Source of the DNA: the human T2T-CHM13v2.0 reference genome, Homo sapiens
DNA length: 64,000 bases
Assembly (NCBI RefSeq): GCF_009914755.1
Contig: NC_060947.1
Strand: one strand, 5' to 3'
The position numbers and the translations under genes were made by a program. This document shows positions 1 through 13,292 of the stretch, one piece after another. Under the pieces are notes generated by a model. The model did no database searches, was not told the DNA's origin, and saw nothing but the letters and a program-made list of their open reading frames with translations. Position 1 is the stretch's first letter. Every line of letters starts with the position of its first letter.

Positions 1-952
1 AAATAAATGTTCAATGTATTTGTTTTCTTTACTTTTGAGGAAAAAAGAAATTAACAGTCTCGGATTATGTATCTCCTTTATACAAAGCTGCTGTCTGCCA
101 CCAAACTTATTGGGAATGAAATGAACAGCATAAGAATCTGCTTTTAGAACCAGAGACAGGGCAGATCTAGGGATCCAGGTGTCAAGAACCTCCCAGTATT
201 TTCAGGTATTGACCATCAGGATGAATTAAATCTTACCATTTTTTTTTATTTTTCTGATACATTTTGTTCATAAATTAATTTGAAGAGAGAGTGATTGGCA
301 GAGCTTCAACCACACACACTTTCTACTTGAAGTATGAGGGGGAGTGGGTCTGATGAAAACTTGAATGACTTCCTATCAAGACTAGTGAGAGAGAGGTAAT
401 TCTCCAAAACAGACTAGTGAAGCAGTTATCAGAAAAGAAGGAAGCAAATGTTAGGCAAGCATGTAATTCTTTCTTTATATTAAATCATATGACTTACCTG
501 TGTTTAATATATTCAGAGCCTGACAATGAGAGAGAATAACTTAGAAAGCAAGGGAGATTAGTTCCAGTAGAAAGACTAATATTTATTTTGTTGAGATGGT
601 AGGAAGTGGGAGTAGAGGAACAATTCAAAAGCTGTTCTTGACTCGCTTTTAAACTCTTCATGGTGGCCAGAATTGCTTTCAAAAATACTATATTTCCCGT
701 AGACAGCATATTAATTTGCATTTCAAGCATTTTGATAACTGTTAAATTATTTTTGTCTTGAATACACTATTTTATAGTGTTTTATAATGCTAGTTGAGCT
801 CTCTGGAATTTCTAAGAAAAGTTCCAGAAATTAAATCTCCTGGGTAATGTGTGAATAACAGAAAAGGATCCAATGTATTCTCACCAAAAGATAACTGTCC
901 CTAATGTTAAAAAGCAGGGGAAGATGTCATCATTTTATTGTTAACCTGACGG

Positions 953-2489
953 TGAAACTGGAGAATTCCCTGAACTCCTTGCAGGTCTTGTGACAGGGGT
1001 GTGACTCGTTTGTTAGTTTGCGCAATTGCTGCTGCACAAACCCCTTACGGGATGGGGAGCACACAGATGGGCAGGTGCAGGAGCCGGGGCAAGCACTTTT
1101 GGGCTCCTGCCCCACAGTGGCGTCTAGGGTTGTGTTACAATTAATGCTCTTTTAGCAGTTGCCATCTGCACATGGCTAAGTGTTGAGGACTAAGCTCTGA
1201 TTTTTTATCTTGCCCAAATTCCTACCTAAGGGGCCTAGGGAGTCATGCCCTACAAACCATGAATTCTCATCAGATGGGTTTTATTTGACCCTATATATTG
1301 TGACTTACTTTTCTATCTGACTCTGGCATAACATTATAAGACAAGGAAAAAATATTTAACCCCAAAATATATTTCCTTGCCATACCTTGAAATTGCCCTG
1401 CAAAGTCTCTTGTGGGAAAAATCCACATTCTATAGAGAATCCCTTTCCCCCTTTGTTTTCCTTCCTTTCCTTCCTGATCCAGGAGATAATCAACTAAGAG
1501 CCAGGTACCCTTTTAGGTCCAATAAGAAACATTTTACAACCTGCTCTCTCCCTCTGAAGTCTTCTGTCTGAGAGCTTCCTCTGCACAGTAAAACTTGGTT
1601 TCCACAGTCTTATACTAACCTGAACATTCCTTTCCATTAATCCCAGGTCTTAGGTAAACTCAACCAATTGTCATTTAAACATTTAAACCAGAAAATGTTT
1701 AAATTTACCTGTAGCCTGGAAGCCCCTGCTTTGAGTTGTGCCACCTTTCTGTACCAAACCAATGTATTTCTTAAATATATTTGATTGATGTCTCATGCCT
1801 TCCTAAAATATATAAAGCCAAGCTGTACCCTGACCACCTTGGGCACATGTTCTCAGGACTTCCTGAGGGCTGTGTCATGCGCCATGGTCACTCTTATTTG
1901 GCTCAGAATAAATCTCTAAAAATATTTTAGAGTTTTACTCTTTTCTCAACAGTGTTAAACTGGCTCAGTGGAGAGTCATAGTGACAGCCTTTTGCACCCT
2001 GCCCTCTTGGTACCTGGGTCCTTGTCTGGTGTCCAGGAAGAATCAGGTCAGACATGGACTTGAAGGATGTTGAATGCAGGGATTTTATTGAGTGATGGAG
2101 GTGGCTCTCAGTGGGATGGATGGGGAGCTCGAAAGGGTATGGACTGGGAAGATGATCATCCCCTGGAGTTCAGCTGTCCTTGCCTGATCTCCTCTTGGAC
2201 CGTCCCCGGCCTAACTCCTATTGACATTCAGACACTCCTTCTCTTTTCTTCTCTGCTATACCACTCTGCTGCTCTCCTGCTCTTCTGCTCATCTGTCCAT
2301 GGAGCCTAGGGTTTGGGGTTTATATGTGTACAGGATAGGGGGGCATAGTAGGACAAAAGGTAACATTTGGATGCAAAAACAGGAATGCCTGTTCCCATTT
2401 AGGGCTGCAGGTTTCCAGGCTTGACATGAGGCCTTTGCTAAAGAACCACCCTCTTCTACCCAGTATTTCCCTGCCTCCTGTCCGTATCA
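953..2489 (-). mobile_element. ERV1 solo LTR, LTR1-like (LTR1/LTR27/LTR28/MER52 group), split by a nested LTR
   Basis: The reverse complement starts TGATACGGACAGGAGGCAGGGAAATACTGGGTAGAAGAGGG and ends ...GGGAATTCTCCAGTTTCA. Halves are 953-1183 and 1952-2489. Confidence 0.85.
1184..1951 (+). mobile_element. ERV1 solo LTR, MER4E/MER4E1-like, nested in the LTR1-like element
   Basis: Begins TGAGGACTAAGCTCTGATTTTTTTATCTTGCCC and ends AATAAATCTC...CTCAACA. TG...CA ends and a 4-bp TSD GTGT at 1180-1183 and 1952-1955. Confidence 0.85.
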
Positions 2490-2514
2490 ATTCTATTTAA
2501 TTTTGTAATAGAGC

Positions 2515-2708
2515 AATGGGTAATATTTTTGAGTCAATGGACCCTTTAGTAATATTTTTTAAGTCAATGGACCCTTTAGAGTTACCGATGACAGCCCCAG
2601 TATTCTCTCCCCAAAACATACATTTGCAAAATGACACACAATTTTGCATACAAGTTCAGAGGATCTACATGTTTCTGAAGCCCATCTATGGATGCCAGAT
2701 TTAAACTC
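2515..2708 (-). mobile_element. MER117-like hAT-Charlie fossil with an internal ~29-bp tandem duplication
   Basis: cacacaattttgcatacaagttcag...ctgaagcccatctatgga resembles reverse MER117; taatattttt(t)Ragtcaatggaccctttag occurs twice (2521-2579). Confidence 0.65.
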
Positions 2709-3174
2709 ATTTTATTAAAAAAAAAAAAGGATATTAGAACTACAATGAAAGAGCACAGGAGAAAGGATAACTGTCTTTCATGGGAATGTGCACTTTTCAA
2801 TTTTGCTGTATTTTCCTAAATTATCTCTCAGCTAATACCTGACTTCATCCTTTGTTATATGGCAGCAAATCTCACTAAAATGGAACTAGTACAAGGATCC
2901 TAGACTTTATCACTCCTCCTCCCACCCATCTCCCTTCTGTAGTATGTGTTAAATAAGAAAGTTTTTAGTGTGTTTCTGAGACTTGTTCCTGATTTGATTT
3001 CACACTTCAACAGTAGTGATCCTTAATTATTACTTAGGAATTACTTTATGATTTGGTAATATTTAAGGACTTAAGCTACAGGTTACTTTTTTAATCCTTA
3101 GGTGACATGCTACCTAACACTTTCTCTCTGCTTATTTTATAATTCTAATTTGAGTTATTAGCTCTTAATTACTC

Positions 3175-3282
3175 AATAATTATTCACTGAACCCTCTGTA
3201 TGTGCCAGAAACTGTCCTAGGTACTGAGAATAAACAAATGAGTAAACACATAAGTTTCCTGCCCTCTGGGAATGCACATTCT
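3175..3282 (-). mobile_element. L2 3'-end fragment
   Basis: tattcactgaaccctctgtatgtgccagaaactgtcctaggtactgag...cctgccctc, typical reverse L2 3' end. Confidence 0.55.
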
Positions 3283-3398
3283 TAATTTACTAACTGTTAA
3301 ATTCACCACATACTTTTGTTAATTTGTCTGTTTTAGAAGTCTGGCTAACTTGTTTAAAATTTATTGTACTCATTCTTTCTGAAGTGGCTCTTCTACAT

Positions 3399-3678
3399 CA
3401 GCACTATCAAATAAAAATATAATGACAGCCCAAAGATGTGATTTTAAATATTCTAGTAGTCACATTAAAAATCACGTACTAAGAAACAGGTGAAATTAAT
3501 TTTAATAGTATATTTAGTTAACCCAGTATTTACAAAATATTGTTATTTCAACATGTAATCAATGTAAAAATTTATTGATGAGATATTTTGTCTTTTTTAT
3601 ACTAAGTCTTTAAATTCGGGTCACATTTCAAGTGTTCAACAGCTACATGTAGCTACTGATTAACTATTGGCTAGATCA
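3399..3678 (+). mobile_element. MER33 (hAT-Charlie)
   Basis: aagaaacaggtgaaattaattttaat...atttcaacatgtaatcaat...cacatttcaagtgttcaacagctacatgtagcta; orientation uncertain. Confidence 0.75.
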
Positions 3679-3928
3679 GGCCAAAATGTTCAACCCTAGC
3701 CACTTGCTCTTCCTCCGAGAGCTTCAATCTCTCAGCATTTCTTATGCAGAGCTACTTAGCTCCTTCTCAGATCCTGTCTCTAAAATACAATAACAATTCG
3801 ATCCCTCCTCAAGCTCCTTAATGTCTTAATTCATAAAGAGACTCTTGCCATGAACTATTTGCCTAGGAGGGCAATGAAAGGTTATAAATTCAACATTGAC
3901 AACAAAAACAGTTTGCTATAAATGATAG

Positions 3929-4363
<435 letters not shown>

Positions 4364-5157
4364 AGAGAAGCTGGTTTTTAAAATGCTATGTTCTTATATT
4401 ATGGAACACTTACTTGTCCTCTGGTATACTCAAAATTATGACCAAGGATCTTCTGAGAGATTTAACTCATCTGGAGTAATTACATCCGCTGACAAATGCA
4501 TATATAGTGCCAATGTCATACTTGCCTTGTTTTCTCAACCTTCCAATTCCTAGGCAAATTGTCAGATTCTCAAGGTAATAGCTGTCCCACATGAGACTCT
4601 GGTATGTGCAGATCTTTATTGTGACAGTTCCTTTTGGGGCTTCTGTGACCCAATGAAGTGAAAATAAAGATGAAATATTTCAAGATTTTGAAAAGTAGTT
4701 TCTATTAAAAGTTATTCGTCTAAAATGATTTCTGTTTTATAGTATTTAGTGCATAAAGACTGGAATAAAATGCTGTAAACTAACTCATTTAATATCCTTC
4801 TGTGAATTCGAATGAGAAAGACAAATTGACTGGATTAAAAGGAAACATTGAGTAACATTCTGTCTTTAGTTAAAAAAAGTCCAACACCAGCAAGACTTAC
4901 CTTCTTTTACTTACACATATAGTTAATATTAGTGTACGGTAAAGCTTCTCCACACATCTAGGAAAGAAACAGGAAAATGCATTATTTCCTTTGAAAGCTG
5001 CCTAAACACAAATCTGTTATTCTTCTGAGAAAGAGTGATGCCTATACAGTAAAAAAGTTATTCTAAGGAAGGAAAAAACAAAATACAGTATGTCTGTTGT
5101 TTAAGCCAATAGATGTCTTTAAGGAAACATTTTCTTAAGAATATTCTTTACAATAGT

Positions 5158-5282
5158 GAGGCTGAGGCAGGAGAATGGCATGAACCCGGGAGACGGAGCT
5201 TGCAGTGAGCGGAGATCGCGACACTGCACTCCATCCAGCCTGAGCAACAGAGCGAGACTCCGTCTCAAAAAAAAAAAAAAAA
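5158..5282 (+). mobile_element. 5'-truncated AluY (part of right arm)
   Basis: gaggctgaggcaggagaatggcatgaacc...ctcaaaa; TSD tctttacaatart on both sides. Confidence 0.9.
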
Positions 5283-5666
5283 TCTTTACAATAATATAAT
5301 TTTCAAAGTTCTCAGAATTCTAAAATCTTGCTGGATGATACATAGATGTATAGACATGTACCCAAAGGTGCTCTACTAAATTAATCACTACCTCCAACAA
5401 CCTAAAGATTACAGTTTATTGTTTAAATGAAGGATGCAAAATATAGGTGTATATACAAAAAGCCCCTGTTTTATAGCTCTTCTAAATGTGAGTATCACAC
5501 ACGGGAAAAATCGAAAAACAAATGTAAGTCTAAATCTCCTTACAGAGAAGAAAATGTAGTGTGGCCTGGCCTAATATTACGACTTTTCCAAGGAGTTACT
5601 ATATATGGTTTAACAGAAGATTATTTCCATCAAAAATATCCATTGCTTGTGAATCTTAAGAACAGG

Positions 5667-6039
5667 AAGTTTTTCAATCCAAATTAAGCTGAAGAAAAAC
5701 AAAGGAGAGGAGGGGAGGGGAGGGGAGGCGAGGAGAGGGGACGGGAGAAAAAAGTTCTCTGCTAGCTTCCTAAGCAGTTCAGCTCTGAGGGTATGCTTTG
5801 CAGCAGCAACAGCACACCTGCCCAGACCACTGCAGCAAAGGCTTTCAACAATTCTTGGGAAACTAAGTGAGGGCAAAGATACATGGTAGTTCCAGGACAT
5901 CCCACAGTAGGATTTGTCTCACGGAGGTAACTCAGGGAGGAAGAAGTGAGCAGTTCACTCTGCCTTAACAGTTTACATATATGAACTACTAAACTTAAAA
6001 AAAAAAGTTTTTCAATCCAAATTAAGCTGAAGAAAAACA
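5667..6039 (+). other. ~300-bp A-tailed insertion of non-repeat sequence between perfect 35-bp direct repeats
   Basis: AAGTTTTTCAATCCAAATTAAGCTGAAGAAAAACA at 5667-5701 and 6005-6039; an A10 run (5997-6006) runs into the second copy. Confidence 0.8.
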
Positions 6040-6630
6040 CACCTAAATAGTATATACCCAAAGTATTATGTGGCATAATATTTTAATCATAAAAATAATA
6101 TGTATCTATTTTTGTTTCTCCTTTATAGTCAAAGCACTGTAGAAGTACAGAAAGGATTGTTCTGAGAGAGTTCTTGAAGTAGAGGTTGGGGGAGGCAGCC
6201 TAGGATTCTTATCTGTAAAATGTGTGGTTCCAACATCTTATGCCTACACTTGATCTCACTGCTAGATTGTGGGCAAGGTGCTTTGAAGGGATGGGCATTA
6301 AAGGGACCCTCCAATAAGTGAGGCTTAATGGAGTTTGCAGAGATCATCATATTCTAGAAATCACACATGCCGTTTTTGTAGGAACAGAGACAGGGTCCCA
6401 AAAGTATCACTGGATACTGGAGCAGAAAATGAGAAAACTCATCTTGTGATGCCAAGAGAAGCAAAGTCTTCAAGATTCTTTCTGGTTTATTTCTATAGTA
6501 TAGCTATCAATGTTAGTGGCATAATGTAGTATTTCATGTTCATTCTGGGTCACTTTAGACTCATCGTAGCACTGATTTGGAGGAAAACAGTATGAATGGG
6601 CACAACTGGATGATCCAGGAGGGATTCTTT

Positions 6631-6947
6631 TTTTTTTTTATTATATTATACTTTAAGTTTTAGGGTACATGTGCGCAATGTGTAGGTTAGTTACATATGT
6701 ATACATGTGCCGTGTTCGTGTGCTGCACCCATTAACTCGTCATTTAACGTTAGGTATATCTCCTAATGCCATCCCTCCCCCCTCCCCCTACCCCACAACA
6801 GGCCTCGGTGTGTGATGTTCCCCTTCCCGTGTCCATGTGTTCTCATTGTTCAATTCCCACCTATGAGTGAGAACATGCGGTGTTTGGTTTTTTGTCCTTG
6901 TAGTAGTTTGCTGAGAATGATGGTTTCCAGCTTCATCCATGTCCCTA
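6631..6947 (-). mobile_element. 5'-truncated young L1PA (L1PA3/4-like) 3' UTR
   Basis: ttatactttaagttttagggtacatgtgc... to cttcatccatgtcccta; perfect 16-bp TSD ccaggagggattcttt (6615-6630, 6948-6963). Confidence 0.95.
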
Positions 6948-7234
6948 CCAGGAGGGATTCTTTAGGGAAGCCAGGCAAGTGGGAGTGGTCATGTAGGAGG
7001 AAAGTCTATCCCATAGTACCTGAGAGGTGTGCGCTAAACTTGCCACAGGAGACGATGCTGACTGGGGAACTCTATTGAGGGTGGCAAAGCCCACAGTTTA
7101 GGTGGAAAAGCACTTGAAAGGGGAATGGATTCATTGCTTTTGTCATTTTTACCTAGACTGTTATAAGGGCTTCTTTTTTTATATCTCTATTATCAGTTTT
7201 TTTCTTTTGGAAGTCTGTCTTTTAAGTTTACTCA

Positions 7235-7760
7235 TTAATTGTATAACCATTTATTGATCATTTATACAGCAGGCACTACGCTGTATTCTCCTAATACAAC
7301 ACTAAGAACAAGTCCCTGTCCTCATGGAGCCTCCAGTCCAAGCAACCCCAATGATGTGAGAGAACTGCCACAGGATATATAGGAGCATGTAGCGCTGACT
7401 CACTGTCTGATTATCATCACTCTTTTAATGATGCCAAGATCGATTAGTGGGTTCAACTGGTTACAGCCTCATCCCTGAATTGTAAAATTCCCTATTAGCC
7501 TAAAGGTGCCCAGGATTTAATTGTTCTGGATAATGATTTCTTAAGAATTCTGAAGAAGGTTTATTCAGAGTTTCCTTTCATTCATTGATAGAGCTAGTAT
7601 TTATTCAGCTTATTCTAAACACTAGGCATTATGTTGTTGCTAGAGATACAAAACTAAGTGAGCCAAGATGAATATAGAGGAAACATAAGTGAGTAACTTC
7701 AGTGCAATATGAGAAATGTGCAGGGCTAGATGCAGAGTCCTCTGGGAACAGAAAGGAAGC
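7235..7760 (-). mobile_element. Degenerate L2 3' fragments
   Basis: Two L2-like stretches, catttattgatcatttatacagcaggcact...gtccctgtcctcatggagc and tatttattcagc...ctaggcatt. Confidence 0.4.
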
Positions 7761-8661
7761 ACAGTCCTTAATGACAGCAATCTCTGGTGAGTCAATGAAT
7801 CTCTCGCAGTTTATTTAGGTCAGGAGCTATTAACTGTCATGCATTAGTGAGCAGCCAACAGTGGGACTGGGCAGTCTGAGCCCTGTATTGAAAAGCCGGC
7901 AACGAAAGAAACTTCACTAGAGGCTTGATGAACCAGTTCTTAAACTAAAGCTCATGTGTCTGCAATGGACAATCCTGCCTCAACCTCGTGAAAAACAGAC
8001 CAGGATTCTCTATGGTTATGCACTACTGCATTTGTTTCTTTAGCGTTCCTAGAGTTGTTTTCATCAGTTATTTAAGTAAGAATGCCCGAGGTAGTCCACT
8101 TCACTCCCTAGATCCCTATTAATACATTTCAGTTGAAAATCTGTTGTCCCTTGCCTATTTTACTGCTTCCAACATTGAGATTTGATGGAAAGAAATCAGC
8201 TCTCAAATAAGAATGGTGTCACCTGCTGCTGGTTCAGCGGCACTGCAAACTACAGATTATGCAAATTACATAAAGATCCAATCTTTCTACCCGGAGCCTA
8301 GGAAGAGGCCTTCTTTTCCCACTGGGTCTTATATTCTAGAGTCAGCCATTTACTTAATTTCCCAAAGAATACTGCAAGAGAATACTGTGAAAGCATTATC
8401 TAAAATACAACAAAAGAATTCTGTAAATGTTATCTAAAATATAATAATAAGAAAAACCAAAAGAATTCATAACTAGGCTGAAAGTATTCTCTTAGGATTT
8501 TAATATTAGATACAAAATTGCTCATTAGCCTTTAGGTTTTCTTCCCTCTCCCAAGCACTCAACAATTGATTTCCTTGCATACTAGGTAAGTGTCCTATGA
8601 CACATAATACTTTCAAATATTTATATCTTTTGTAAGATAATATTTTTCATGTAATCCTAGA

Positions 8662-9123
8662 TGGATTAGTTTCCTATGACTGCTTTAAAAATTGCCACAA
8701 ACTTAGTGACTGCAAGCCACACACGTTTAATTTTTTTCATGTCTGGAAGTCAGCAGTCCGAAATCACTTTTACTGGTCTAAAATCAGGTGTCAACAGGGC
8801 TGTGCTCCCTCCGGAGGATCTAGGGGAAAATCATTTTCCTTGCCTTTTCCAGCTTCTAGAGGCTGCATTTTCTTAGCCTCGTCTTCCCTCTTGTTGCAGT
8901 CGTCCCAATGACTTTTGTCTCTGTAGTCAAGTCTCTCTTTGCCTCCGTCTTAGGAGGAGATGTGTGATTAAATTTTGCCCACCTATATAATCCAGGATAA
9001 TCTTCCCATCTCAGAATCCTTAACCTAGTCATGTCTAAAAAGTCCCTTTTACCTTATAAGGCAACACAAATTCCAGGGATTAGGATCTGGATATCTTTGG
9101 GGACCAGGAATCAGCCTATCACA
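8662..9123 (-). mobile_element. MaLR solo LTR, MLT1D-like
   Basis: tggattagtttcctatgactgct...ctaaaatcaggtgtcaacagggctg...ccttttccagcttctagaggctgc...cctatcaca; 5-bp TSD ctaga/ctagg. Confidence 0.8.
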
Positions 9124-10531
9124 CTAGGTAATGAAGTCATTATCTTAATCTGAAGTATCTAGATCCTCATATAATCTAACTCCTTTAGTCTATTTGAGTT
9201 GTTTTAATTTTTTCTCAAGTACATTAGCTGCCAAATTTAAAATTATTGCAGATGGAACTCTTGTAGGTCTATAATGTACAGCTTGCTGAGCCACAGTAAA
9301 CAGTATCATTTTTAGCTTTCTATCAATGTTTGACATACAAAATGGTCAACTGCAGAATGTTTCAGTGACTTCTCTAGAACCCTATTGAATATTTAAAATG
9401 TCATACATCATGTTGTTGAGTGGTCTTCGTGGAAAAAATCATGTTTTTAAGAAATCTATTCCCCTTCGATTTAGTGCTTGGGTTTGTATATTCCGATGAA
9501 CTGATATGCAACTAGAGCTATATAACTAATCCTGATTTTTAAAAATTTGTCTTGGCTTCCAGGAAGTACAGACTAAATTTAGTATATAATTACAGTAACT
9601 ATTCTTAGCTAGTATTTCTTGTATAATTATATATTCTTCACCCCAACCCCAATAATCATTTCTCCTACTCCTTACTAGGATGCTTTTGATAATTTATCTT
9701 CATTTAAACAAGCTTATTGCATGGGTTTTCTTTATTATAATCTATCTCAAAATCTTTTTTGGAAGCAGATATGAAATAAAGCAAACAAACAAATAAACTT
9801 GGAAGATATATAGACCCTATGAATTATAGCCCATCTGCATCTTTTTTGAGTGCCAAAGACATAAGTTCAGCTATGAATACATTCTGTTACTACAAAAGCA
9901 CTTTAAAATTGTGTTTCTGTGCATTATATAGCTCCTTAGAATAGACAGATATATTTAGAGGGGAAGGATATGCTAATCAATGCCACTAGAGCCAGTAGTT
10001 TTCTTGATTTCATTCAATACCTTCCAGTTTTAATAATTTGCAACTGATATCAATGATCATAATAAAATTTTAAATTAAAATGTGTGAGCTGTTTTTTTGT
10101 TAATACTTCATGCATTGAAGAGACATAAACAAAGTTTTGAAATCATAACTACATTTTCTGAAAGGCTTCCACAGGAAAAAAGGCTTCATATTGATATTAT
10201 TTTGTACAATTTTTTGGACAATTTTCCCTCCTTCACATTCAGTTTATTAGAACTGAACATAATATCTGACATAAGTGATTCATATATGGGCTAAATAATT
10301 CATGTATATCAGAGGCCAAGCCTATTGGATATGGTGGAAGTTTTGAAACCCTATCTTTGTGGAACAACAAAAAATTAAATGTAAGGGTCAAAATGTGAGG
10401 GCTCCTTTCTCATTTGTTCTGTGAATCCAGTTTCTAGTGGTTACTTATCATATCAAAATTTCTCGTGGCGTTTTCAGAGCTACACCTCCAATAAACCTAA
10501 ATGATGACTAGCTTTAAGACAATAGTCTATA

Positions 10532-10779
10532 CAGTTACGTACTGCTTAACCACAGGGATGTGTTCTGAAGAATGCGTCGTTCAGCAATTTCATTCTTGTG
10601 TGAACATCCTAGAGTGTACTTACACAAACCTATATGTTTTAGCCTACTGAATATCTAGGCTATATAGTATAGCCTATTGCTTTTAGGCTATAAACCTGCA
10701 CGGCATGTTACTGTACTGAATACTGTAGGCAGATGTAATACAATGATATTTGTGTATCTAAACATAGAAAAGGTACAGT
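10532..10779 (+). mobile_element. Tigger3(a)-like TcMar fossil, 3'-truncated
   Basis: TA|cagttacgtactgcttaac...gagtgtacttacacaaaccta...ctaaacatagaaaaggtacagt. Confidence 0.85.
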
Positions 10780-11569
10780 CATATTTAATTTTAAATGTAT
10801 TAAAGTAACCCATTTCCTCTTCCCACTTGACTAGCTATTTCCTTTTTGAGAAGTAGACATTATGTTTAAAAATGTTTTAAAATACTGCAATATTGTTGAT
10901 ATTATTAGTTTACTAAATAAGACAATAAAGACAGAACTCAGACAAATAAAATGCAGCAGCTGTCAGTTGATGGGGGCCGCCATTACTTGTAGAAGAAACC
11001 TTCAGTAAGCGTTGAACTAGTGGCCTGGGATAGTTGATTTTAAGAAGACAAATAAAAATGCCTGGAGAGAAAAAATATTTTACTCATTCCATATGAGTAG
11101 AAAATATCCTTTGAAATATTATCAGTGACTTACTTACGTCAGTCTTTCTTAACTTGGGTTGTCTGTTAAATACTTTAATATGGCTTTTGCCATAGCTGGG
11201 TCATTGCTATAAGTTAACAAAGGGCTGTTTTCTATATCGCTGGAACTCTCCTTTGTTAGAACCTTCTTTAAATAGAAAGAATTCTCTTGCAGTACGTGGT
11301 AATTGCCATAGATTATTGAAATGAAAAATGGCTATGATTACTCCTAACAACTTGAGATGTTCTGCTTACAGTGGATGTTAAGAACATATCTTAGTAATTT
11401 AAAATTTTTCTTAATAGGCATAAGCAAGTTTTTATTCTTTAAATGTACTTCAAGTGGTTACAACTAATAAAGATTGGTATATAACAATAGAGAAGAGGTT
11501 CCAAAGTAAAAATCCACATTAAAATTAAATTTAGGTTACATTATTGCTTAGCAGTTTAAAACAATATGT

Positions 11570-11750
11570 TCCATATATACATACATGTGTATATATTTAT
11601 ATGCATACAAAACATACATGAACATGTATAAGTATATGGATGCAGATGAGTATATGTACACATATATATAGAATAAATGCATAAAGGTATATAAATATAT
11701 GGCTGCATTTGTGTAATTGGATATATATGATACATATTTTATATCTGTAT
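11570..11750. repeat. TA/TG/CA-rich low-complexity tract
   Basis: Degenerate atatatacatacatgtgtatat... Confidence 0.6.
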
Positions 11751-11924
11751 GTCATGAGTATTTTTCTCATTTTTTCCTCTTTGAGAATAAGTCTAGGTCT
11801 ATACTATCAATAAAATATTGAAAATTAAATTAATTACCCAAGTGAAAAAAGAAAGTTCTCAGAGTTATGCTGTTCATACTTATGGGAGAAGTGTAGATTT
11901 TTTCTGATTTGCTTATCTTTTCCT

Positions 11925-12421
11925 TTATTTAAATGTAATTTTTACTGATATGTAATAGATGTACATTTTTAAGGGTACACATGACAATTTAATATATTCA
12001 TATAATTTGTAAAGATAAAATTAGCATAATTGGAATATCTGTCACCTTAAATATTTATATTTTCTTTATGCTAGAAATACATGAAATATTCTCTTCTAGC
12101 AATTTTGAAATATACAGTAGATTATTGTAAACTGTAGTCACCCTACTGATCTATCAAATACTAGGTCTTATTTTTTTCTATCAAACTCTATATTTGGACC
12201 CATTAACCAATCTCTCTTTATCTCCTTCTCCTTCCTACGCTGTGGTAACAACCAATATGCTATCTTCTTGAGATCCACATTTTTAGCTCCCACATATGGG
12301 TGAGAACATTCAATATTTGTCTTTCTGTGCTGGCTTATTTCACTTAACATATTGACCTTCAGTTCCATCCATGTTGCTGCAAAAGACGGATTTCATTTTT
12401 TATGTCTGAATAATATTCCAG
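11925..12421 (-). mobile_element. L1MA-family 3' end (L1MA4-like)
   Basis: ttctcttctagcaattttgaaatatac...tttttagctcccacatatgggtgagaaca...ctggcttatttcacttaaca. Confidence 0.8.
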
Positions 12422-13292
12422 TGATCTGCCAGAACTGAATTTTAAATGGGGTTTTAGGCCTGGATTGACTTTAGATAAGCTTATAATTATAGCTCTCTAC
12501 TTGTGGTAATCAATAGCATAGGCCTGAATGTGTTATTGTATTAAATATTTCTCATTCATTGACATCACAATTGTGGATCAAATCTCTGTGGTTTGGATAT
12601 TTGACTTCTGACAATTCATTGTTTTGTCTGACTTTAAGTTGTGTTTAAGTGATTATTTTCTTGGTTTGCTCTCATTCCAAATTACTGGGGAATTTAACTG
12701 ATGAATGAACCAGACATATATTTAATATACATCTGCTGTGTGCAATATATTGTACTGGAGGGATGGGTAGGTATAGACATGTAAGACATAATCTCTTACT
12801 TCAACCAGAATATGGTTTCACTGGGTTCCTAAGATCAATATGCATAACTGCAGGGACCTCGTGCTACATTGGATTTGAATCTGGGGCTCCAGTTCCAGTC
12901 CCATTCCTTCATGGCCATGTCACCTTAGCATGTCACTTCACCTATGGCCTCTTAACAGTTAGATAACCCAAGACCACTACTATTTCTGAAGAGTATTTTT
13001 TTAATTACAAGCCAAATCAGTATCAAATATTATATTTATAATGGTTCTGTGTAATTTACTAACTCATTTACCATAAAATGACATATATTGTACTATTAGA
13101 AGAAAATTGTGGGATTTATTAAAAACATCAATTTATTGTACCACACACTTGATATGGGCTTATAATTGAACACAAATATATAGAATATGAATATCTTTTT
13201 TTAGTTCTGTCATTAGCTCTTTGAGTGAGTATATAAGCATATTCATAAATGATATTGTATCTATATTTATCTATGTTTTAAGAATTCTTGCA

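Noticed and set aside
492-500. Perfect minus-strand splice donor (acttacctg), with similar sites near 4895 and 62216, suggesting an antisense lncRNA
   Set aside because: Frequency is compatible with chance and I see no supporting exon chain or promoter.
5667-6039. Direct repeats read as a CRISPR-like array
   Set aside because: Only two copies, a ~300-bp spacer, eukaryotic context and no cas-like ORFs.
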